Part shown: piece after piece, positions 24,943 to 34,940 of the stretch
Numbering within the stretch: position 1 is the stretch's first letter
How the letters are laid out: every line of letters begins with the position of its first letter
Source: Zancudomyces culisetae HAW-14-8
Taxonomy: Eukaryota > Fungi > Kickxellomycota
Assembly (NCBI GenBank): GCA_052426225.1
Contig: JBNJNM010000009.1
Span: 1 to 64,000 of the forward strand
Reading direction: 5' to 3'
DNA: 64,000 bases
The notes under the pieces: generated by a model
The model's input: the letters and a program-made list of their open reading frames with translations, nothing else
What the model was told of the DNA's origin: nothing
The model's database searches: none
Translations under genes and position numbers: made by a program

Positions 24943-26217
24943 GAGGCCTATACAGTTATAAATACTCAAGTCTAAAGGGGGGGGTAGTGTTATGGTTTTA
25001 AATTATATGAAACCTTTGTCTCCACAGGACAATGTTTCATATAATTTATCAATTATAACCATAACATTTACCGACCTCCACATTATTAATTTAAATGTTT
25101 TAGTTATGTTTTAGTTATGTTTTAAATTAGTATAATTTTAAAATTATCGTCCCATCATGAAAAGTATATAAGCTATACGATTATCATGATGGAACGATAA
25201 GTTTTACAACGAGTTTAGTTTCGTTTAGTTTATTCACTTATAGTCTAGTTTACTAATAAATATATTTTATCCAAGTCCAGACCTTGACAGAAGTACATAA
25301 CATTGACCTTTCTTTTTATAATACCACTCTTCTTTTATCCAAAAGTTATATTATTTTAACAACGTTGATGACAAATAAATATGAAATATTTTTGAAATGC
25401 TAGAGTAAAAATTATTATATTCTATCACTCCTAAACTCACAGAGAAAACTAAATTATTATACCTAAAGTTATCAATTATATCAACCATGACGGAATTATT
25501 AACATAATAAATTTAATAATCACATAGGCCCTATAATCATGTATACACAAGATTATCACAAACTAGGATTCAAAATATTAAACAACATTAACAATATTGT
25601 ACAATTCGTAATAACTCAGATGACATCAATGATCAAGTATTTAATCATACATATAATAATCTAATTAACTACTTCACTACAAATTATTATTCAAAATCAA
25701 ATAAGCCTACTTCATAAAGACAATAATATCCAATTACCGAATTTCTACATAAAATTAATAATCCTTAAAACGCCAATTGAGTTTCGACCAATTACATCAG
25801 CAACCAATTGGCTAACAACAAAGCTATCTAAAACAATATCAATATATTAATTGAACAAGAAAACCCAGTAATCTAAGAAATTACCTAGAATAGATCAAAC
25901 AACTTGAAAACAAAGTTATTCCCAATAACTACATCATAGGATCACTCGATTTGTAACTTTAATTCAATTGTTCGAATCAAAACTTTGACAGTACTATTCT
26001 TAAATTGACCAAATCTCAATAACTAACTGATGCCACAATTTACATTTGTGAATCAACTATTTTATGTATCATAAAAATGTATTTAAATATATTATTGTTA
26101 TCACAATGGGCACCAATGCAGAATAAATGAACTATACTATACCTTCAAATATTGATAATATTTTAAAATATTTTGCCTTCATTAATACAGATATATTAAC
26201 GATAAATTCTAGAAAAC

Positions 26218-26908
26218 TGTTATAAACAATGAGCTGCTTATAACTTTGAACCGTGGATTAGTTATGCTTGATTAATATTTATTAGAAGAAGTAATGATTA
26301 TAAAATATATATTATTAGATGAGTTAAAAAATTTATATATTACTCTGATGTAACCCAACGGAATTTCGAAGGGTTTATAAAATTTCTATCTATTATTTAG
26401 AATATGAAGAAATACTAAAGACAATATATTTAGTAATAAAAATTTATTATGTATAATCTAATTAGATTAGGTATCTACTTTTCGTTAAACTTATCATTTT
26501 TATTGTTGATTTTACATTGATTTTGTTTATAAACTTTAACATTGATTTTGTTTATAAATTTTAACATTGATTTTGTATATCTATTTTAGCATAGATTTTA
26601 CTTAATGATTTTGGCATAGATTTTATTTATCAATTTAATCATGGATTTTGTTTATCCAGTTTTATTCATGGATTTTGTCTATCCAGTTTTACCATGGTTT
26701 ATTATAAATATAATAATTGTAAAATTTCTTGAATTTATTTTGTAAATTTTCTATAAATAAATTCTGATATTTGATGGTGTATTTTTTTAACATGATTTCA
26801 TGTCGGATGACATTTTCGAATGCCGGAAATGAATTAATATAATAGGTTAAATTTTTCATAAGCCAAAATGTAACTATAATTATTAACGGGAATTGGCCAT
26901 TTCTAACA
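26218..26908 (-). mobile_element. Old diverged solo LTR of the element D family, inside the Penelope-like RT
   Basis: Starts TGTTATAAACAATGAGCTGCTTATAAC and ends CCATTTCTAACA like D LTRs; flanks AAAAC/GTAAC are an imperfect TSD. Confidence 0.85.
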
Positions 26909-29758
26909 GTAACTCACAAAGACAATTTATCCAAACTTATACACACCGCCAACAACAGCATCCCTGGAATAAATATGACTCTCGCTATTAATTCAGCAGA
27001 TACTGTAGACTTCCTTGATAAAACTGTTTACTTAAATACTGAAATTCAAATCAGTTTCAAAACGTATCAAAAACCTCTTAATCTATACGGATAAATACCA
27101 TTTTTTTCTAAACACAGCATTTCTACTAAAAAAGCAGTTATATCTGGTGTATTAAACTGATATTATGACAATGCACAGTTTATAATGACTTTGTTGATAT
27201 TCGATAATTATTAAAAGAACGACTACTAGCACGATGATATAACATAAAATTCATAAATGACATATTCATTAAAAACGCATACGATGTTAGAAAAATATTG
27301 CTAAAAACGACCAATAAACCTTCTAAAAACATTGTTTCATTAGTAATATTCTATAACAAACATTCAAACTACCAAATATTACAAAGATATATACATGAAC
27401 TCAACGAATATAAAACTGCTCTAATAACAATTTAATATTTATTATTGTTAATAAAAATCACCGAATCTTGGTGATTACCTACTAAAATTTGGGCTAAAAT
27501 AAGCCCAAGCCGAATAATCAAGGATAATTATAGGGCTGATTGAAATTCAGCCCCAATCCTATCCCTATAGATGCTCCAACACAAAAAGTCGGTCTTCAAA
27601 GTAATTTTTCCAATGAATCGGAAGAACTTTAAATCAACCTCACAAATTCTGTATAATAATTTTGGAAATTCAAATTACCAACCTAATCACAAATATACTT
27701 AGCACTATGTTTGACTATCTCAATTTTAATCTATATTTGTAATAATATTTTCAGATACCAACTAAGAAAAATTATGCTATTTATACCAAATACCTTAATT
27801 AGTGAAAATAATCATTATCTTTACTAGAATTAATATTTATTAATATACTTTTCATAAATCAAAGTTCGATATCAAACTGCTGACTAAGTAACTTTAATAT
27901 TTTTAATTATTTTAATAATAGTTTAATAGATATAGCTTTCTACACCTATTATTAGATAAATAATATATTAACTTCTTAAAGCAGCTTCGAATAGATAAAT
28001 ATGTAACTACCAACGAAGAACAATACATGGTTATTCATATTTCTAAAACATAAAGAATATAACCATAATAATCAGATTCAACCCACAACATTAATATATA
28101 GTTATAAAGTAGCAAAAAGCAAGAACATAATATAAAATATGACATATTTAAATATCAAATTCAATTAAATTTACAAGTGACTGTTATGATAATACTATTA
28201 CAATCTACAATCATAATTTGAGTTTATTAAAAAATATTATACACAACTAATATATTAATTCTACTTTAGTTAACTTATTCAATATAAATATATATTTCAA
28301 ACTATAAATTCAATTATATGAATATATAACACAAATGAAGTGGAACTATAAATTGTATTAGAAATAAAATTCGCAGTCCTTATTAATAAACCATAGATTC
28401 ATAATTATTACTTTGCAACAACATAGGACTTTTAAGTCAATATATAACTTTGTATATATAATGTGAGTTTCACAAATGTCTCAAAATAATGATAATAATT
28501 TACAAAGTGTAATATCTCGCTCATTAATATCCAGATATTATATGTTTTTTATATTATATAATGCACAAAAGTTACATAATAATTATATATAAACTGTATA
28601 ATTATTGATTAAAAATTCATTATGAAATTAAAATTGAAAATTTTATTAAAATGAGACTATTTTGGGAATTTTTCAATTAAAAACTTTAAAATTCTGTCCA
28701 CCTTCCTTTAGACTTGATAACTGCCTCAACTCTTTTGGGAATACTATCTATAAGACCAAGTATTGTTTCCACTGAAATTAAATTCCATTCCGTTTCTATT
28801 CGCTCCCATAATTCGATCATCCCGAACGGAGGTTTGCTGTACCAATTTAGGCGTCTTACTGTTATAAACAATGAGCTGCTTATAACTATGCTGTGATTAA
28901 TATTCAGTATTATTATTTATTAGGAAGAAGTAGTTATTTAGAAAAATATATTATTAGATGAGTTAATGATATCTTTTTCTCTGATGTATCCCAACGGAAT
29001 TTCGAAGGGTTTATATATTTTTTCATCAGAGAAATTTGCTATGAAAAAACTTAGTGATAATAATTTTTTAGTTTTAAAATTTTACTATGTAAAAATGAAC
29101 TAATTTAAAGTAACTATCAAAATTGAGTTTATCAAACTTCTTGTTTGATTTATTCATGAAATTACTTTATCGATTTTAACATGTATTTTGTTTATCGATT
29201 TTAACATGTATTTTGTTTATCGAATTTTATCATGGTTTTTGGTTATCCAATTTTATCATGGTTTTTGGTTATCTATTTTGCCTACGATATTGTATATCGA
29301 TTTTGCCTATGATTTTGTATATCGATTTTGCCTACGATATTGTATATCGATTTTGCCTATGATTTTGTATATCGATTTTGCCTACGATATTGTTATCGAT
29401 TTTGCCTATGATTTTGTATATCGATTTTAACATGAATTTTATAAATTTAATTATTGAAAATTTTCTTTAATTTTCTTTGTCAATTTTCCCAATAATAAAT
29501 ACTGTGATTTCATGGTGAATTTTGCATACATGATTCCAATGTCGGAATGGCTTATTTGAATGTCGTAAGTGAAATAATAAAATAGTTTAATTTTTTATAG
29601 AACAAAAATGTAAACTAAAATTTATGTTCCGGGAATTTGCCATTCCTAACATTTTAGGATCGATTCCAACAAAGATCCATTTTTTGGAATATATTGCCAT
29701 TCCTAACATCACCCCCATCTTTATGATCAAGCTCCGCGAGATCGATAGCTTATCATGT

Positions 29759-32700
29759 TTAGGGTTTCTTGGATTTCTGATTAAACTGTTTTATTAGTCT
29801 TTGACAGTTTTCAAGATTTTCTGTTGGTTCCCAAGTGTTTTCGCAGTCTGAGAATCCTTTCCATTTGACGAGATAGTAAGCTCTGTTATTTGCTTTCTTG
29901 GCATCTAGAATTTCTTCTACTTCCCATTCTACAGTATTATCTAAGATGATGGGTTCAGGTCTTGGCTTTATTTGTCCATTGATTATTGGTGCATGATATG
30001 GCTCAAGGAGTGATACATGGAATACATCATGGATTCTCATGTCATCTGATAGTTTTAATCTGTAAGCCACTTTGTTTATTTGTTCCGTGATTTGAAACGG
30101 ACCTATTCTTTGATTATCCAATTTATTAGATGGTCTCATAGTCTTGATGTTTTTACGATCTAACCATACTAGATCGTTTACTTTATACTTGATATTTATC
30201 CTTTTACGATTTGATTGTTTTACTGAGTTGTCTTGAGATTGATTAAGTGTTGACTTAATTTCTTCACATGATTCTTGAATGACTTTGAGATACGAGGTTA
30301 CTGCAGGATTACTTGATATATTTTCTTTAGTATTTAGAAAATCAGCCTTGGGGTTGTATCCATAGTTTGCATAAAACGGTGACATCTTGGTACTTGAGCT
30401 TACTGCGTTGTTGTAAGCGAACTCTGCAAATGGTAGTAAGGTACTCCAGTTATCTTGATTGTAGTTCGAGTAATTTCTGAGGTATTGTTCAAGAGTTTGG
30501 TTGACTCTTTCTGTTTGTCCATTTGACTGTGGGTGATAAGCCGAAGATAGATTAACTTTTACTTTTAATAAATTCATGATTTCTTTCCAAAATTTTGATC
30601 TAAACTGAGATCCTCTATCTGATGTTATATCAATTGGCAGGCCATGTAACTTGAATATATTATTTATGAATAACTTTGCAGTTCCTGCTGCATCAATGGT
30701 TTCATTACAAGGTATAAAATGTGCTTGCTTTGTAAAGCGACACACTATGACAAGAATAGAATCGTAGCCATTTGAGGATGGTAGTTTTACTATGAAGTCC
30801 ATAGAGATTTTGGACCACGGCTTTTCTGGGATTTCAAGTGGGTTTAACAATCCATATGGCTTATGTCTGTGGATTTTATTTCTTTGACAAATATCACATC
30901 CTTTGATATAATTATTAATGTATTGTCTCATTCCTTTCCAATAGTAATCCTTGGCAATTAGAGCAAAAGTTTTCTGTTGACCTAAATGTCCGGCGGATAA
31001 GGCATCGTGGCGTGACTGAATTATTTCAAGTTTTTCTTTATCAGATGTAATTAGTTTAACCTGAGGGGTTTGAGTTTTAGCAGCATTAATCCATTTGGAA
31101 GCTGGGAGGATTGTGGCTTCATACTTTTGTGGGTTGGTGTATTCACCCCCCGTTTCAGGTAATAAGTCGGTCCTTCGACTCAATGCATCTGCAACTGGAT
31201 TAAGTGCACCTGGTTTGTAACACAACTTGAAGTCAAATTCTGACAAGGTATTTGTCCATCTGGCGTGTCTTTGCTTCAATATTCTCTTTGTTCTAAAGAA
31301 TGTTAAGTTTCTGTGGTCAGAGAATACATTGATTGGATGGATTGCTCCACATAGGTAGTGTCTCCAGTGTTTAAGCGCGTTTACTATAGCCAATAATTCT
31401 TTGTCATGAATGTCATAATTAATTTCGGCGTCTAGTAGTTTGCGAGAATAGAAAGCAACTGGATGGAGAGTGGAATCTGTCTTGGACACTGGTTGATTTA
31501 ACACGGCACCTATGGCATAATCTGAAGCATCAGTTTCAAGGTGAAAGGGTAAACTGGGATCTGGGTGTGCGAGAATTGGTGCTGAAGTAACGGTTTTCTT
31601 GAGGAATTCGAATGCATCCTGGCATTCCGGAGTCCAATCAAATGGAATATCCTTCTTGGTGAGGTTTGTGAGTGGTCTGACTATCTTTGAATAGTCCTTG
31701 ATAAATTTTCTGTAAAAGTTAGCAAATCCTAAGAAACTCATTACACCCTTAACATGGGTTGGTGTTTGCCAGCTAAGAATAGTTTGAACTTTTTCTGGGC
31801 TCATAGAGATACCTGTATCTGAAATTATGTAGCCCAAGAATTCTACACTTGTTTAGTCAAACTGACATTTCTCTAATTTTGCGTAGAGACCGTGAGTTCT
31901 TAGTCTTTCTAAGACTTCTTTTACATGAATGTTGTGTGATTCCTGATTTTCTGAGAATATTAGTATATCATCAAGATATACTATTACAGAAATGTCTAAC
32001 ATGTCTCTGAAAATGTCATTCACCATTGCTTGAAACACAGCTGGAGCATTGGTTAATCCGAATGGCATTACTAGGTATTCAAAGTGTCCATATCGGGAAC
32101 GAAAGGCGGTTTTCCACTCTTCACCTGGCTTCATACGAACTAAATTATATGCACCTCTCAGATCTATTTTGGTAAATATTCTAGCATCATTGAGATGATC
32201 TAATAGTTCAGAAATCAGTGGTAGTGGATACCGATCTTTCACAGTTAGCTCGTTTAAGTCCCTGTAATCGATACAAGGTCTTAAACCTCCGTCCTTTTTC
32301 TTTATGAAAAATATCGGAGCACCTGCTGTGGAATGACTTCTCCTGATAAATCCTTTCTTGAGATTTTCTTTGATATACTCATCTAGAGTCTTGAGTTCTG
32401 GACCTGACAGGTTGTATAACGGCTTGAACGGAATCTTGGCTTCTGGGTCTTTGAGCGGGATTTCACAATCATAGGGTCTAAGTTCTGGCAATGTGTCTGC
32501 TTTCTTTTTTGAGAATACATCTGAGTAATCTTGATATTTCATGGGTAGTTTTTTGGAGTGGTTTTCAAATGAGTCCTCATCTTCTGAATCATCGTATGGA
32601 TCAAATGATTTCTCAGACAAGGTAATTTGGCTAAGAGTTAAATTATCTGTAGTAGATTCGGGCAGGTTGAAGTTCAACTTCAGTTTTACCCAATCAATGA

Positions 32701-33064
32701 TTGGTTGTTGTTGTTTTAACCATGGCAATCCTAGTATAACGGGATAACTGAGAGACGGTACGACATTGAATGTAGTCGTGCTAATGTGTTTATTGATCAT
32801 GATTTCTAGAGGAACTGTGGCCTGAGTTATGAATCCATGGCTAGCAGGTTTATTGTTTGCTAGAATTATTTCTATGGGTTTATCCAATGTTTGGATCATG
32901 ATTCTATGATTATTTATAAGTCTTTTGCTTATAAAATTTCCTGATGCTCCGGTATCTACCAGAGCCTTGGTATGTATCTTTTTATTTTTATACTTGATCT
33001 TGATATTAATTAAAAAATTATTAGAAAACTTGGTATTATTTATATAATGAGTATAAAACTCCAT
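29759..33064 (-). pseudogene. pol: pol of element D, with one in-frame stop at 31853-31855 and its 5' end cut off by a solo LTR
   Basis: LVDTGA, YLDD, CQFD*TSVEFLGY in frame, RNase H, IN, chromodomain WEVEEILD. Confidence 0.93.
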
Positions 33065-33916
33065 TGTTATAAACAATGAGCTGCTTATAACTATGTTGTG
33101 ATTAATATTCAGTATTATTATTTATTAGGAAGAAGTAGTTATTTAGAAAAATATATTATTAGATGAGTTAATGATATATTTTTCTCTGATGTATCCCAAC
33201 GGAATTTCGAAGGGTTTAAATATTTTTTCATCAGAGTAATTTGCTATGAAAAAACTTAGTGATAATAATTTTTTAGTTTTAAAATTTTACTATGTAAAAA
33301 TGAACTAATTTAAAGTAACTATCAAAATTGAGTTTATCAAACTTCTTGTTTGATTTATTCATGAGATTACTTTATCGATTTTAACATGTATTTTGTATAT
33401 CGATTTTAACATGTATTTTGTTTATCGAATTTTATCATGGTTTTTGGTTATCCAATTTTAACATGTATTATGTTTATCGAATTTTATCATGGTTTTTGGT
33501 TATCCAATTTTATCATGGTTTTTGGTTATCTATTTTGCCTACGATATTGTATATCGATTTTGCCTATGATTTTGTATATCGATTTTGCCTACGATATTGT
33601 ATATCGATTTTGCCTATGATTTTGTATATCGATTTTAACATGAATTTTATAAATTTAATTATTGAAAATTTTCTTTAATTTTCTTTGTCAATTTTCCCAA
33701 TAATAAATACTGTGATTTCATGGTGAATTTTGCATACATGATTCCAATGTCGGAATGGCTTATTTGAATGTCGTAAGTGAAATAATAAAATAGTTTAATT
33801 TTTTATAGAACAAAAATGTAAACTAAAATTTATGTTCCGGGAATTTGCCATTCCTAACATTTTAGGATCGATTCCAACAAAGATCCATTTTTTGGAATAT
33901 ATTGCCATTCCTAACA
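33065..33916 (-). mobile_element. Solo LTR of family D inserted into element D itself
   Basis: Full LTR in the same orientation, with its own TSD TCCAT (33060-33064, 33917-33921). Confidence 0.93.
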
Positions 33917-33947
33917 TCCATGGACGGTGAGGGTTCATGAAAATCCT

Positions 33948-34940
33948 TCAGATACCCTCTGATTTCTGAGGAGTTCTCTGGTTTTTTGCTTGAATAATAG
34001 TTTGATTCTTGATCTTGGAAATAATGGATTTCCCTGAGTCTCTGCTTGGGGAACGGGTCTTCTTCAGATTTACGGAGTTCGGATTCATAAAAGATTCTTG
34101 GTGTTTTTTCTTCCTGTGGCAATTCTGGACAGTGTGGTTTGAACCACCACAATAAAAACAGAGATTATTATGTTTTCTGTGATCTCTTTCTGGTTCGGTT
34201 AGTCTACGGGTGCCCATTACATCTACATCCATTCTGGTAATCTCCGAAGATGTATAATGCATGGGAGGAATCCAGGGTTTAACCTTGTTCCTTTCTGCTC
34301 TTCTCTGAAAGATTCTGTTATCAATTCTGATACAGAGAGAAGTGAACTCTTCAAACGTAGTGGGTACGTGATCCAGAGTTGAGAGAGCGTCTTTGATTTC
34401 GTCATTTAGTCCTTCGTAGAAGGCCTTGACGAGCGCGGGTTCGTTATACTCTGTCTCAAGCGCTACACTTTTGAAATGTGTAGTGTAAGCGAGACAGCGC
34501 GAACGACCCTGCTGCAGGTTTTTTAATTTATTTTGCGCAACCCATACAGAATTGGGTTCGCCATAAGTTCTTTCTAACAAATTGATAAAGTCTCTATACT
34601 GAAAGAGAATGGTATGACGTGCTTCCTGCAACGTTCTAAACCATGTTTGTGCCCCGTCGGTGAGGAGCGTCCCGATGTACAGGACCTTAACGTGATCAGT
34701 TGGGAAACGGCTTGGCTGTAACTTGAATACTGTTTTAACTGTGGAGAGAAAGTTTTTTATATTGTCCTTTCTTCCTCCACCAAACTTTTCTGGCGTCGGT
34801 ACCTTTGGCTCTGGAATGAAGGCCCTTTGGAAGCTTGCCGACTGGCGAAGCGTGTCTACTTCATCGGACAGTCTTGATATCTGACCCATTAAGGTTTGAA
34901 TAACCTCATTCGGGTTTGGCACTTGCTCTTGATCAGACAT
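33948..34940 (-). CDS. gag: Gag of element D
   Basis: PEKFGGG, RMDVD, CFYCGGSNHTVQNC. Confidence 0.93.
   Translation of the reverse strand: MSDQEQVPNPNEVIQTLMGQISRLSDEVDTLRQSASFQRAFIPEPKVPTPEKFGGGRKDNIKNFLSTVKTVFKLQPSRFPTDHVKVLYIGTLLTDGAQTWFRTLQEARHTILFQYRDFINLLERTYGEPNSVWVAQNKLKNLQQGRSRCLAYTTHFKSVALETEYNEPALVKAFYEGLNDEIKDALSTLDHVPTTFEEFTSLCIRIDNRIFQRRAERNKVKPWIPPMHYTSSEITRMDVDVMGTRRLTEPERDHRKHNNLCFYCGGSNHTVQNCHRKKKHQESFMNPNSVNLKKTRSPSRDSGKSIISKIKNQTIIQAKNQRTPQKSEGI

Larger units (their letters stand above)
20067..25289 (+). mobile_element. Intact, very recent Ty3/gypsy chromovirus C
   Basis: 302-bp LTRs at 20067-20368 and 24988-25289 appear identical; TSD GAAGT at 20062-20066 and 25290-25294; PPT AAAGGGGGGGG. 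Confidence 0.97.
1969..27570 (+). mobile_element. Decayed Penelope-like retroelement (Athena/Coprina-like, no endonuclease seen), split into about 1969-2209, 19383-20066, 25295-26217 and 26909-27570 by later insertions
   Basis: Manual translation gives LPNFYIKLIILKTPIEFRPITSATNWLTTKLSK (~25734-25832), GSLD (~25938), ITMGTNA (~26100), YRYIND (~26186), VDFLDKTVY (~27005), TYQKPLNLY (~27062) and PNLGDYL (~27461), i.e. PLE RT motifs in order. The pieces rejoin across TSDs. Assignment of the upstream pieces is by continuity only. Confidence 0.7.

Noticed and set aside
29165-29430. Regular ~25-bp repeats resembling a CRISPR array; also ORFs 29188, 33418, 33437 and 35438
   Set aside because: No unique spacers; this is a minisatellite inside a eukaryotic LTR and the ORFs are translations of the repeat
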